From contig JBAYIY010000002.1 of the NCBI GenBank assembly GCA_041665365.1, positions 66,178 to 130,177 on the forward strand: DNA of 64,000 nt, in the 5' to 3' direction. The stretch comes from Patescibacteria group bacterium. Its GTDB lineage: Bacteria; Patescibacteriota; Patescibacteriia; UBA9570. This document shows positions 1 to 9,513 of this stretch, in pieces. The first letter of the stretch is position 1, and each line of letters begins with the position of its first letter. A program made the position numbers and the translations under genes. Below the pieces are notes generated by a model, which saw only the letters and a list, made by a program, of their open reading frames with translations, was not told the origin of the DNA and did no database searches.

Positions 1-1516
1 AATCATAAGTGGAGCCGGTGAAGACAAAGATTTCTTTAGGTGGTTTAGCTGGTTTCGGTTGCTCGGTTAAATTGTGCGTTTGGGCATAGGTTTTAATGAC
101 CGTTAAAAAACTATCTCCAAATTGAGTCAGTTTTTTTGTACCGACACCAGTGATCTGCACAAAACTGGTCTGACTTTGTGGAAAATAGGTGGCCATTTCC
201 TGCAAGCTCGTGTTACCAAAAATAATATAAGGTGGCACGCCTAACTGCTCGGCTAGTTGTTTACGCAGGTTTTTTAATTCATTAAAAAGAGTTGCATCAT
301 AGGCAGGTTCCTCAACTGTTTCATCACTAGTTTGGTGAGTACAAACATCACAACTGGCACATTTACCTGATGGATAGGATTCACCAAAATAGTTTAATAA
401 AAACTGCCGTCGGCAACGCTGCAGTTCAGCATATTTAATGACACAGTTTAATTGCTGCCAAACTTTATCACGCTCAGCTTGATCGGCCATTTGCTCAATA
501 AACCAAGCATGTTTACGTTTATCCGCATAAGAAAAAAACAGCACACACTCCGCCGGTAAACCATCCCGCCCCGCCCGACCGGTTTCTTGATAATACCCTT
601 CCACGGATTTTGGTAAATCATAGTGCACCACCAAACGCACATCGGGTTTATCTATCCCCATACCAAACGCAATGGTAGCAATAATAATATTGATCTCATC
701 ACGAATAAATTTTTCTTGTGTCTGTTGCCGCACAGCGCTAGTTAAACCAGCATGATAGGGGGCAGCCGAAAATTTTAGGCTCCGCAGCCGTTCGGCTAAT
801 TCTTCTGTGCCCTTCCGCGAAAAACAATAGATGATAACACTCTCTCCTTGATAATGCCGTAATAATTTCACTAAGCGCCCAAAGGTATCTTGTTTAGGCT
901 GAACCGAGTAGGTTAAATTTGGCCGGTTAAAACTGGAAATAAAAACTTTCGGCTCATGTAAGTTTAATTGCTTTAAAATATCCGCACGAACTGTTTCAGT
1001 GGCGGTGGCCGTGAGAGCAATAATCGGCACATCAGCAAAATCACCACGGAGTTTTTTTAAATTACGATACTCCGGCCGAAAATCGTGTCCCCATTCTGAA
1101 ATACAATGTGCTTCATCAATGGCGATTAAGCTAATTGGTAAACTATGCAGAAATTCCTGAAAACCAGACGTGGCTAACCGTTCTGGTGCCACATATAATA
1201 GTTTAACATGCCCATGTAGGGTTTGTTCTTGAATATCCTCAATCTGATTGGCAGTGAGTGTACTATTTAAGAAAGCCGCCTCAATGCCATTGGAGCGCAA
1301 TTGATCTACTTGATCTTTCATTAAAGAAATCAATGGCGATATCACCACTGTCACCCCCTCAACAGCGACTGCCGGCATCTGAAAACACAATGACTTTCCC
1401 CCACCGGTTGGCATTAACACCAAACAATCCCGTTGCGCCATGACGTGGTTAATGATTTCTTCTTGCAATGGTCTAAATTCCTCAAAACCAAAATGTTTTT
1501 TCAGTAGTGTTCTCAT
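1..1516 (-). CDS. recQ: ATP-dependent DNA helicase RecQ; the N-terminal ~505 aa are present and the C-terminus runs off the left edge of the window
   Basis: Minus-strand translation from the ATG at 1516 gives MRTLLKKHFGFEEFRPLQEEIINHVMAQRDCLVLMPTGGGKSLCFQ..., with DEAH (IDEAHCISEWGHDFRPEY) and Zn-binding motifs. An AAGAGG ribosome-binding site lies 11 nt upstream. The ORF is open to position 1, which is why the supplied track omits it. Confidence 0.9.
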   Translation of the reverse strand, partial: MRTLLKKHFGFEEFRPLQEEIINHVMAQRDCLVLMPTGGGKSLCFQMPAVAVEGVTVVISPLISLMKDQVDQLRSNGIEAAFLNSTLTANQIEDIQEQTLHGHVKLLYVAPERLATSGFQEFLHSLPISLIAIDEAHCISEWGHDFRPEYRNLKKLRGDFADVPIIALTATATETVRADILKQLNLHEPKVFISSFNRPNLTYSVQPKQDTFGRLVKLLRHYQGESVIIYCFSRKGTEELAERLRSLKFSAAPYHAGLTSAVRQQTQEKFIRDEINIIIATIAFGMGIDKPDVRLVVHYDLPKSVEGYYQETGRAGRDGLPAECVLFFSYADKRKHAWFIEQMADQAERDKVWQQLNCVIKYAELQRCRRQFLLNYFGESYPSGKCASCDVCTHQTSDETVEEPAYDATLFNELKNLRKQLAEQLGVPPYIIFGNTSLQEMATYFPQSQTSFVQITGVGTKKLTQFGDSFLTVIKTYAQTHNLTEQPKPAKPPKEIFVFTGSTYD

Positions 1517-1612
1517 AAAAAATACGCCTCTTGGGGGCGCTTGTGAGTGATAATAGCAAACTCAAAGATCCTGTCAATAGCTATAACCTATATTTATTGT
1601 TATCATATCGCT

Positions 1613-2365
1613 ATGACTGAATATAAACATTTTCGAGACGCTTTTAGACAAGTACGGAAAAAAACTGATGAGCATAGAATGTATGAAACAGGTGGAGATT
1701 GGGGAATACAAGACTCTGCATTAATAGTTGATCCTTCTAAACGTGCATCAGGATTCGAGCATCCTTATGATAGTGAGTTTGATTTTAGAGGCATGTACCC
1801 GGAAGAGTTTACAGATTTAAAAACATACCTTGAGGCACGTTTAGCATCAAAACCAGTGATCGGTATTGAGCTTGGCGGCAGAGCATCAAGACTTTTTTCA
1901 CAATTTACTCCAGGTTTTATTGAAAGAAGTCTAGGAGTTCTACTAAGTGACAATAGAAGCGCGTCACATCCACAACAGGCACAAGACGCTTTACGTCATC
2001 ACGAAGTTATAACTGCGGATGTATTTTCAACAGAGGGAAAGCAAACTATAAACAAGTGGTTAAATGGCCAAAAGGCCGATCTTATCTTCGAAAGGATGGA
2101 AGGGGCAATCAGCGATGGTCCGTATACTGAACCTGGATTCATGACAGCAGTATTCACTCGTTGGTATCGCCTGCTTTCAGAACGGGGCATAATGCTGGTT
2201 CAGTCACCCTGGCTTGATGCGACAACTTTGACAGATATGGAAACGAGACTTGATACTTTAAAGGAGCAACACATAGACGTAGTATATAAACGCCGACCGC
2301 TTGGTGACAAAGCAAGGTTATATACTATTTTGGAAAAAAAAGCAGGGGCGCCTGAAAGTTTTTAG
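1613..2365 (+). CDS. Hypothetical protein, possibly a divergent Rossmann-fold (SAM-methyltransferase-like) protein. The track starts at a GTG at 1547; an ATG at 1613 is more likely.
   Basis: 272-aa ORF. VIGIELGGRASRL resembles methyltransferase motif I and KADLIFERM resembles motif II. No confident family assignment is possible from sequence alone. Confidence 0.5.
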   Translation: MTEYKHFRDAFRQVRKKTDEHRMYETGGDWGIQDSALIVDPSKRASGFEHPYDSEFDFRGMYPEEFTDLKTYLEARLASKPVIGIELGGRASRLFSQFTPGFIERSLGVLLSDNRSASHPQQAQDALRHHEVITADVFSTEGKQTINKWLNGQKADLIFERMEGAISDGPYTEPGFMTAVFTRWYRLLSERGIMLVQSPWLDATTLTDMETRLDTLKEQHIDVVYKRRPLGDKARLYTILEKKAGAPESF

Positions 2366-2395
2366 TAGACTATTGTCTTTACGGGCGTTAAGGGA

Positions 2396-3952
2396 TTAGT
2401 TGGGCTGTAGTGCTTGTAAAAAACTCCGCGCTGCTGGAGACGTTTCCGCTTTGCGTAATTGAGAGGTAATACGGGCCTTCGTTTTATGACCACTTCCTAG
2501 TAAGGTTCTGGCTTGTTGACCTAAGCCCGCAGCTAATTTTGCTTGAACCACCCAAGCTTCTTCTCGATAATAAGCTAAATTAATTGGCTCAAGGTTTGCC
2601 GTTTCCAATAGTTTCTCAGCCTTTTTCAGGTATACCTGAACATCGCGCACCAAAATGTCTGGATGTGAGTTACTACTAAAGGACAGCTCGGCTAACTGTT
2701 TAGCAGTCGCAAGCTCCAGTGCTATGATATCATCGGTTTGAAATGTTTTTGGGTTTGTCTGCATTATATGTTCAGCAGCATCTACCACTCCACCAAAATT
2801 TGGGTTGGCACCATGTTTAGCTAAACTATCACCTAATCGTATTAAAAAATTAACCTGTTTATAGGGATTGGCAACAGTTTCATGTATTAACTTTTTTACC
2901 CCTAGTGCGATCGGCTCTTTAAAATGAGCGACTAGCGCTGTTCGTTCGCTAGCTGAATGTGGGCGCTCAACATATTGTAATGCTACTTCTCCATTAATAT
3001 CATCCTGATCAGTCTGAAAGTTTACTTCATTGTAGCGTCGCCCTGCACCCACTGCTCGTACGATCTTTGTGCTTAGTAATTGCAACATGGCTTGCGTATT
3101 GGGAATATCTCCTAAACGCGCTGCGGCTAGACCAGCTGCCTTGATGAAATCTGGACTATCTTCTTCTGGCGATCCCGATAACAACTCAGTTGCTTCAGAT
3201 ATACGTCCAATTTTTACTAACCCTTCAATCAACGACTCACGATCTGAAAAATCGGTTTGATACTCGGCCATCACGATATCATCAACCACACAACCATGCT
3301 CACTTAGTAGTAAAGCACTAGACAATAATTTTTCACGATGTTTGCTAGGATCGGCGTAGTATTTGTTAATTAAACGTTCCACTGTGGCACGATCCCCTTG
3401 CCTGGCATAGTAATCAATGATTGAATTGGCTTTATCAATTCGACTAGATTCCGGTAACGTATCAATCATCGTTTCAGCCCGAGCGAGCAATGCCAGATCC
3501 GATTTCTTTTCAGCAACTCGACAGAGCATATCAATTTGAATAGTGGGATCAGTGATAACTTGTAATGTCTGCTCAGCCGAAACAGTATCACCAGCCAAAT
3601 ACTGCCAAGCACCAATATCCATCAACTCCCAATCTCGATCATTTGCCCTATCATGACGCTGTGGAATGGTAATGCGATCATCCGTAGTAACTCTCTGTTT
3701 AATTTCCGCCAGCAATTTGGATACAGCAATAGCAATACCACCTTTATGTAGCTGATACGCCAAACGAGCGAGCGCAGCAGTATCACCAGAAGTGTGTGCA
3801 CCTTCTTCAGCGTTAGACAAAAAAACAGCCGCTTGTTCCGCAAGTCTGGCAGCTTCAATAATTTCTTGATTTTCTCTATCCAAGATCTCTGCACGCGGTA
3901 TTTCACGCCTTGTCATGTTCAAAATTCTATCAAAAAAAATGACTTTTGTCAA
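2396..3952 (-). CDS. Hypothetical alpha-helical repeat protein. The track uses a TTG start at 3952; an ATG at 3916 is possible.
   Basis: 518-aa ORF, convergent with the previous gene. Helical-repeat composition, no recognisable catalytic motif. Confidence 0.5.
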   Translation of the reverse strand: MTKVIFFDRILNMTRREIPRAEILDRENQEIIEAARLAEQAAVFLSNAEEGAHTSGDTAALARLAYQLHKGGIAIAVSKLLAEIKQRVTTDDRITIPQRHDRANDRDWELMDIGAWQYLAGDTVSAEQTLQVITDPTIQIDMLCRVAEKKSDLALLARAETMIDTLPESSRIDKANSIIDYYARQGDRATVERLINKYYADPSKHREKLLSSALLLSEHGCVVDDIVMAEYQTDFSDRESLIEGLVKIGRISEATELLSGSPEEDSPDFIKAAGLAAARLGDIPNTQAMLQLLSTKIVRAVGAGRRYNEVNFQTDQDDINGEVALQYVERPHSASERTALVAHFKEPIALGVKKLIHETVANPYKQVNFLIRLGDSLAKHGANPNFGGVVDAAEHIMQTNPKTFQTDDIIALELATAKQLAELSFSSNSHPDILVRDVQVYLKKAEKLLETANLEPINLAYYREEAWVVQAKLAAGLGQQARTLLGSGHKTKARITSQLRKAETSPAARSFLQALQPN

Positions 3953-3983
3953 TCTAGAATGCAGTAGACTAAGTCTTAGGTTA

Positions 3984-4220
3984 TTAACTAATAAGTTTCA
4001 ATTTATCAGTCCGTCGTAATTGTTTAATTTGAATTTCGCGTCTTAACGCACTGCCTTTCGTGCGACACCGCTGCGTATACACAATCCGCTCGACCGGGTG
4101 GGATCGGGTATAGCGACTAGCCGTACCGGCCTGATGCCTGGCCCACCGTTTGGGTAAATCATTTGTGATACCGGTATACAAACTACCGTCTAAACAGCAA
4201 AGAATGTAGACAGTATACAT
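3984..4220 (-). CDS. Small GIY-YIG nuclease family protein (UPF0213/YhbQ-like)
   Basis: 78 aa: MYTVYILCCLDGSLYTGITNDLPKRWARHQAG...YTR... is the GIY-YIG motif set seen in E. coli YhbQ. Its ATG lies 4 nt after the tRNA-Glu 3' end, and there is no Shine-Dalgarno sequence. Confidence 0.75.
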   Translation of the reverse strand: MYTVYILCCLDGSLYTGITNDLPKRWARHQAGTASRYTRSHPVERIVYTQRCRTKGSALRREIQIKQLRRTDKLKLIS

Positions 4221-4224
4221 AAAG

Positions 4225-4296
4225 TAGCCCCACGGGGAATCGAACCCCGATTTGAGCGCTGAGAACGCTCCGTCCTAACCGTTAGACGATAAGGCC
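4225..4296 (-). tRNA. tRNA-Glu (anticodon CTC)
   Basis: Sense strand: GGCCTTATCGTCTAACGGTTAGGACGGAGCGTTCTCAGCGCTCAAATCGGGGTTCGATTCCCCGTGGGGCTA. The D-arm (TCGTCTA...AGGAC) matches the tRNA-Glu architecture. The anticodon stem is GAGCG/CGCTC, the loop is TTCTCAG, and the T-loop is TTCGATT. The acceptor stem has three G-U pairs. No CCA is encoded. Confidence 0.75.
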
Positions 4297-4348
4297 ATAC
4301 TGAACAAACGTTGGGCTATTGTATACAAAATCCAAGTAGTCGTAAAGA

Positions 4349-4391
4349 ATCCAAATTTAACATTGAATATTAAATTTGGATATGCTATACT
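4349..4391 (+). promoter_or_regulatory. Operator-like inverted repeat overlapping a sigma70-type promoter; the transcript looks leaderless
   Basis: ATCCAAATTTAA-n9-TTAAATTTGGAT is a perfect 12-nt-arm inverted repeat at 4349-4381. It is followed by TGCTATACT (extended -10 at 4386-4391). The ATG at 4398 is only 6 nt further on. Confidence 0.4.
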
Positions 4392-4397
4392 ATCACT

Positions 4398-5573
4398 ATG
4401 TATACACGAACCATAGAAAAACGCTTCTTGGCCAGCGTCAAAACCTTTCCCGTGGTTATTCTGACCGGTGCACGACAAACGGGTAAAAGCACCTTGTGCA
4501 AAACCCTGTTGCATGACACCCATCGCTATGTATCATTGGAAGATCCAGACATTCGTCGCCAGGCTATCGAAGACCCCCGGACATTTTTACAAAATTTTCC
4601 TGCTCCAGTGATTCTGGATGAAATTCAGTATGCTCCAGATCTGCCCAGTTATATTCAAGGCATTGTTGACGAACATCGTACCAAATATGGACAATACATT
4701 TTGACTGGTTCACAAAATTTCTTACTAATGGAACGTGTCGCCCAATCCTTAGCCGGACGTGCAGCTCTCTTAACGCTTTATCCTTGTGCTGTCCAAGAAG
4801 TAGATGGCTCAACTGCTAAACCACGCTCATCAACTACGGCTGTAGCGGATTGGATATTGCGTGGTGGATATCCAGAACTGCGCAATCGCCCAGAACTAGA
4901 TCGGGCCACTTGGTGTTCAAGTTATATTAGACTCTATCTTGAACGTGATGTGCGCCAGTTGATTAATGTCACTGATTTAACGACCTTCGAAAGATTCGTC
5001 CATCATGTGGCGATTCGCACTGGGCAGATCTTAAATACCAGTGATCTAGCGCGTGATGTTGATGTCAGCGTACCAACGATTACGCGGTGGTTATCGGTGT
5101 TACAAGCCAGCTACCAAGTGTTTTTATTGGAACCCTATCACGCGAGTATTTCTAAACGCTTAGTTAAGGCTCCGAAAATCTATTTTGGCGACACTGCTTT
5201 AGCCTCATATTTGATGGGAATTCATGATCCTGAAGTTTTACTACAAGGGCCATTTCTTGGACATTTATTTGAAACCGCTGTTGTGCTAGAACATCTTAAA
5301 TGGGCTAGCATGAACGGTTTAAATTCAACCTTCTCCTACTTTCGCACCAAAGATGGAATTGAAGTTGATCTATTCATTGAACAAGGTGTAGAGATCATGG
5401 CTCGCGAAATAAAATCTTCCCGCACCCGCACCACTTTTACTACAAAAAATTTAATCCTAGCCGAAGAATTACTACAGCGCCCACTACACAAATCCATTCT
5501 AGCCCCCGTGTCGGAACCATCGATCATGAAGAGTGGCGTCACTGTGAAACCCTGGCATCAGGTAGAGTGGTAA
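4398..5573 (+). CDS. AAA+ ATPase of the DUF4143 family (COG1373-like)
   Basis: 391 aa with a Walker A motif (ILTGARQTGKSTL). The C-terminal DUF4143-like region resembles the widespread predicted-ATPase family. Confidence 0.7.
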   Translation: MYTRTIEKRFLASVKTFPVVILTGARQTGKSTLCKTLLHDTHRYVSLEDPDIRRQAIEDPRTFLQNFPAPVILDEIQYAPDLPSYIQGIVDEHRTKYGQYILTGSQNFLLMERVAQSLAGRAALLTLYPCAVQEVDGSTAKPRSSTTAVADWILRGGYPELRNRPELDRATWCSSYIRLYLERDVRQLINVTDLTTFERFVHHVAIRTGQILNTSDLARDVDVSVPTITRWLSVLQASYQVFLLEPYHASISKRLVKAPKIYFGDTALASYLMGIHDPEVLLQGPFLGHLFETAVVLEHLKWASMNGLNSTFSYFRTKDGIEVDLFIEQGVEIMAREIKSSRTRTTFTTKNLILAEELLQRPLHKSILAPVSEPSIMKSGVTVKPWHQVEW

Positions 5574-5578
5574 AATCT

Positions 5579-6589
5579 TTACAATTTTTTCCCTGCGGCT
5601 ATGGCCATATCGACCAAACGATTGGCGTAACCGAACTCGTTATCGTACCAACTGACTACTTTAACGAGGCTGCCACCTACCACCATGGTGAGAGCTAAAT
5701 CAACAATCGAAGATTCACTGCGACCAACTATATCAGATGACACGATCGGCTCATTAGTCACAGCTAAGATACCTTTAAAATCTTGTTTTTGGGAAGCCTC
5801 TGTTAAAGCCTGATTCACCTCTTCAACTGTGACATCTTTTTTTAATAACAGAGTGATGTCTGATAATGATCCAGCGGGAGTTGGCACGCGCACAGCGAAA
5901 CCATCAAACTTGCCTTGATACACAGGCATGGTCTTACCTACTGCTCGAGCGGCTCCGGTGGAAGTTGGAATGATATTCAAGGCTGCCCCTCGAGCGCGAC
6001 GTAGGTCACTCTTGTGTGTCCCATCTACTAAATTTTGATCAGCGGTGTAAGAATGAATGGTTGTCATCATCGCCTTCTCAACACCAAAAGATTCCATCAT
6101 CACTTTCATCACTGGAGCGATACAATTTGTGGTGCAAGAGGCATTGGACGAGATGGTATCTTTACCGATATCAGCTTGGTTAACAGACATCACATAAGTA
6201 CCAATGTCTTTATCTTTAGCTGGCGCAGACATTATGACGTGCTTGGCACCGGCGGTTAAGTGCTGACTGGCTAACTCCCGGGTTAAAAATACTCCGGTAC
6301 ATTCGAGTACAATATCAGCACCCACTTTACCCCAAGGAATTTGCTTCGGATCCTTTTCCGAAAAACGGCGATATTTCTTGCCATCAACCACTAAATAATC
6401 TTCTCCGTCGGTGGTGACAGTTTTATCATATGGGCCATAGACACTGTCATATTTTAATAAATGGGCGGCCATGGTAAGACTACCTAGGCCATTTATAGCG
6501 ACGACTTCGAGGTCTGGGCGGGTAAGGGCGATGCGGAAGGCCGCAGCACCGATTCGACCAAAACCATTGATTGCAATACGTGTTTTCAT
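5579..6589 (-). CDS. gap: Glyceraldehyde-3-phosphate dehydrogenase
   Basis: MKTRIAINGFGRIGAAAFR...SCTTNCIAPV... contains the NAD-binding and catalytic Cys motifs. Confidence 0.9.
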   Translation of the reverse strand: MKTRIAINGFGRIGAAAFRIALTRPDLEVVAINGLGSLTMAAHLLKYDSVYGPYDKTVTTDGEDYLVVDGKKYRRFSEKDPKQIPWGKVGADIVLECTGVFLTRELASQHLTAGAKHVIMSAPAKDKDIGTYVMSVNQADIGKDTISSNASCTTNCIAPVMKVMMESFGVEKAMMTTIHSYTADQNLVDGTHKSDLRRARGAALNIIPTSTGAARAVGKTMPVYQGKFDGFAVRVPTPAGSLSDITLLLKKDVTVEEVNQALTEASQKQDFKGILAVTNEPIVSSDIVGRSESSIVDLALTMVVGGSLVKVVSWYDNEFGYANRLVDMAIAAGKKL

Positions 6590-6626
6590 AGGGATTAATG
6601 TATCACATTATGATTAAATATGCCAA

Positions 6627-7376
6627 CTAGTTTTGTGTACCAAAACGAGTATTATTATTGGCCGCTTGTGTATTTATAGTATGTTGAGAATCTGCATTAG
6701 TATCTTCATCAGGAGTAGTATCATCTTTTATCTCTTCTAATGTTTTTGGGCTCCCATCTTGGTTTAATCTTTCCTGATAAATAAACATGACGCGAAAACC
6801 GACCTGTTTATTCTCGAGCACAAACCCATAATTATTTTCATGGACCACATCAAAGGCACCGTTTTGTTGCTTCATCGAACTGAGTAGTTCTTTACCCTTA
6901 CCAGCGGCGACAACAAAATTAGCATCACCTTTTTGATCTAAACGGCTGACGGTTTTACCGCCAATGGTTTCTGGTTTAATTGCAGCAATCGTGTCGCGAC
7001 AATTTTCTAACGCATCATAAATATCTTCGGCCAGTTTATGAATTAGTCGTTTTAATTCAGTATCTGGGGCGGCCTCATCTGGAGTTGTTTCATTAGCAAC
7101 AGTTACTTCAACCCCTAATGATTTTTGTAATTCACCTAACGCTTGCTCTCGGCCTGCCGAATCTTTATTCTTAAAATTACGTTCTATCACTTTATAAATA
7201 TCCCATACACTATTAAATCTCACCGGATCTATTTCAACTTGTTCACCAGTTGAAACTTCAGCTACATGAGCAGTTTCTCCTAATGATATAGCTCCTTTAC
7301 CTTCTTGTCTTTGTTTTAATCTTTTCTCAAATTCTGTTTCCGCTCCTTTAGTTGGAAATTGAACAACTTTTCCCAT
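6627..7376 (-). CDS. Hypothetical protein
   Basis: 249-aa ORF with no recognisable motif. The C-terminus is acidic and Thr-rich. Confidence 0.5.
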   Translation of the reverse strand: MGKVVQFPTKGAETEFEKRLKQRQEGKGAISLGETAHVAEVSTGEQVEIDPVRFNSVWDIYKVIERNFKNKDSAGREQALGELQKSLGVEVTVANETTPDEAAPDTELKRLIHKLAEDIYDALENCRDTIAAIKPETIGGKTVSRLDQKGDANFVVAAGKGKELLSSMKQQNGAFDVVHENNYGFVLENKQVGFRVMFIYQERLNQDGSPKTLEEIKDDTTPDEDTNADSQHTINTQAANNNTRFGTQN

Positions 7377-7406
7377 AAAATTTTTTAAAATTAATTAATG
7401 ATTATT

Positions 7407-8243
7407 TTAAGGCCAATTGTAATGATCAAATGTCCAGTTGACTAGCTGCTCGGTTTCATTAAACCGGGCGGTTTCGTCAGTAGCCCCTAATAGAATAACA
7501 ATGATCTGATTACCGGCATCGTTCTCGGCTAACGTGGCTAAACACCCACCGGCTTCATAGGTAAAGCCAGTCTTACCGGCCACCATATGAGGCGCATGAT
7601 TGAGTAAAAACTGATTAGTACTTTTTACAATGACTTCATGATTATTTACCACCATGCGATGCTCAGATTGAGTCATGGGTTGTAGTAAAAACTGGTCATG
7701 AATAATAGTCCGAAATAACAAACTCAACTCGCGGCTGGTGGAAACAGATTGCTCAGACAAACCGGTTGGATCTTGATAGTGAGTGTTGACCATGCCTAAC
7801 ACTTTGGCTTGATCATTCATTGTTGTAATAAACTCATCCTCAGATAAATTCGTACTCTGGGATAATTGCACCGCAGCATCATTTATCGAACCAATCAGAG
7901 CAGATTTTAAAAGATCCGCTTGGTTGGTTGTCCAATCATCGATCTGCTGTTGAGCCACATAGGCGGTCATTAATTTTGTCAGACTCGCCATGGGTAAAAC
8001 TTCATCAGGTTCTTTTTGCCACAAAACCATCCCTGAGGTCACATCTAACACAATGGCGGATTTGGCTTGCAAAATTGGTCCGAGCTCATTATCCACCGGA
8101 CGCGGCACTGTGCGCCACACAGTCACCGGCAAACGTTGCGTATTAGCCGGTTCGTCAAGATGATGTGTTGGCACCATCACCCACTCGGTGGGCACAAAGA
8201 CTACTCCCCAAACCAAGATTGACCATAACACTTGCTGTAACAT
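7407..8243 (-). CDS. D-alanyl-D-alanine carboxypeptidase (PBP5/6-like, peptidase S11)
   Basis: Contains SxxK (ASLTKLMT), SxN (GSIND) and KTG (KTGFT) motifs and an N-terminal signal/TM segment. Confidence 0.75.
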   Translation of the reverse strand: MLQQVLWSILVWGVVFVPTEWVMVPTHHLDEPANTQRLPVTVWRTVPRPVDNELGPILQAKSAIVLDVTSGMVLWQKEPDEVLPMASLTKLMTAYVAQQQIDDWTTNQADLLKSALIGSINDAAVQLSQSTNLSEDEFITTMNDQAKVLGMVNTHYQDPTGLSEQSVSTSRELSLLFRTIIHDQFLLQPMTQSEHRMVVNNHEVIVKSTNQFLLNHAPHMVAGKTGFTYEAGGCLATLAENDAGNQIIVILLGATDETARFNETEQLVNWTFDHYNWP

Positions 8244-8246
8244 AAA

Positions 8247-8945
8247 CTAAATAATAGCGGCGCGCTGAATTACTTTCCATTTACCTAACGGCAAATTATC
8301 CAACACCATCTGACCAAGTCTGATGCGCTCTAATTCTAAGACTCGATTTTGCCGCAATTCCACCATCCGCCGAATTTGTCTATTCCAGCCTTGCCGTAAG
8401 ACAATTCTGAAACGATTATCATCTAATTGCTCAACTGAAGCATTTGGCCCAGTAAAACCCTCTTCTAAGTGCACTCCTCGTCGCCACGCGGTAATATCAT
8501 CTGGTTTTAATGGATACTTCACCGTCACAATATATTCTTTATCATGTTCATAACGCGGATGGGTGAACTGATTAATTATTTCACCATCATTGGTTAACAA
8601 TAATAATCCGGTACTATGTTTATCTAAACGACCGACTGGACGCAGATGTTGCAAACTACTGGGCAGCAATGTCATCACACTCCGTTCGGTCAAAAAATGA
8701 GCCCGTGTTACTACACAACCTTTCGGTTTATTTAACAACACATAGGTCATGGTTTGATCATGTTCTATAATGGATTTGCCATTTAATTTTATAACCGGTA
8801 AATGATCCGGATCAATTTTCATCCCCACGGTCGCTACCGTACCGGCCACGGTGATTTTGCCTTTAGCCAACAGCTCATCCACCGCCCGGCGGCTGTATTG
8901 ACTATGCGCCGCAATAAATTTATTCAGTCGGAGTGTCTGAGCCAT
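8247..8945 (-). CDS. Pseudouridine synthase, RsuA/RluB family
   Basis: Contains an S4 domain (LNKFIAAHSQYSRRAVDELLAKGKITV) and the catalytic motif VGRLDKHSTGLLLLTNDG. Confidence 0.85.
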   Translation of the reverse strand: MAQTLRLNKFIAAHSQYSRRAVDELLAKGKITVAGTVATVGMKIDPDHLPVIKLNGKSIIEHDQTMTYVLLNKPKGCVVTRAHFLTERSVMTLLPSSLQHLRPVGRLDKHSTGLLLLTNDGEIINQFTHPRYEHDKEYIVTVKYPLKPDDITAWRRGVHLEEGFTGPNASVEQLDDNRFRIVLRQGWNRQIRRMVELRQNRVLELERIRLGQMVLDNLPLGKWKVIQRAAII

Positions 8946-9513
8946 CGTTGGTAATATTATTTGTAAAAAAATCTCCCGGTTTGTCTAAAAAGGCTAGCCG
9001 CTCCCCTAATTGAATATCGCGATGTAACCGTTCATACTCCGGTAAATCCTGCACAGTTTGCACACCTAATAATTGTAAATATTCCGGAGTGATATCGTAC
9101 ACTTCAATCCCCTTGAGTTTATCAAAGGTTTCTGTGACTAAACCGCGAATCAATAAATTTCTAATAATTAAACTGCAATTCACACCGCGAATGGCCTCCA
9201 ATTCGGTTTTGGCAATGGGGCTACGATAAGCAATAATCGACAGAGTTTCTAGAGATGGTTTGGTCAAATCACCGGTGCGTTCATCTTTCACCACCTGGCT
9301 AACAATATCATGTACCGCCGGTGCGGTAGTTAATTGGGCTTCACTATTAGTTAAAGTTATATTTATCCCCCGTTCCCCAGTCATGGCAGCATACTGTTTT
9401 AATGACTCCTCAACTTCTGGAATACTAGTATTAGTCCATTTAGCGAGTTTACTAAAACTAACTGGTTTAGCGAGCACAAATAAAATAGCTTCCAACTGTG
9501 GCATTAATTGCAT
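8920..9513 (-). CDS. scpB: Segregation and condensation protein B
   Basis: The N-terminus LEAILFVLAKPVSFSKLAKW is typical of ScpB. It lies adjacent to scpA. Confidence 0.8.
   Translation of the reverse strand: MQLMPQLEAILFVLAKPVSFSKLAKWTNTSIPEVEESLKQYAAMTGERGINITLTNSEAQLTTAPAVHDIVSQVVKDERTGDLTKPSLETLSIIAYRSPIAKTELEAIRGVNCSLIIRNLLIRGLVTETFDKLKGIEVYDITPEYLQLLGVQTVQDLPEYERLHRDIQLGERLAFLDKPGDFFTNNITNDGSDTPTE

Noticed and set aside
448-642. 64-aa ORF on the minus strand inside recQ, and 1258..1443 (+)
   Set aside because: They lie within or antisense to the RecQ reading frame; spurious.
1532-1545. An 11-mer TTGGGGGCGCT shared between 1533-1543 and 44687-44697 (inside the 44600-45235 structured region)
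   Set aside because: A single short exact match with no further conservation in the flanks; probably chance.
4225-4296. Possibility that the tRNA-Glu is a pseudogene because the acceptor stem has three G-U pairs
   Set aside because: The D-arm, anticodon arm and T-arm are all canonical and match the tRNA-Glu architecture closely. G-U pairs are tolerated. Kept as a functional tRNA with moderate confidence.
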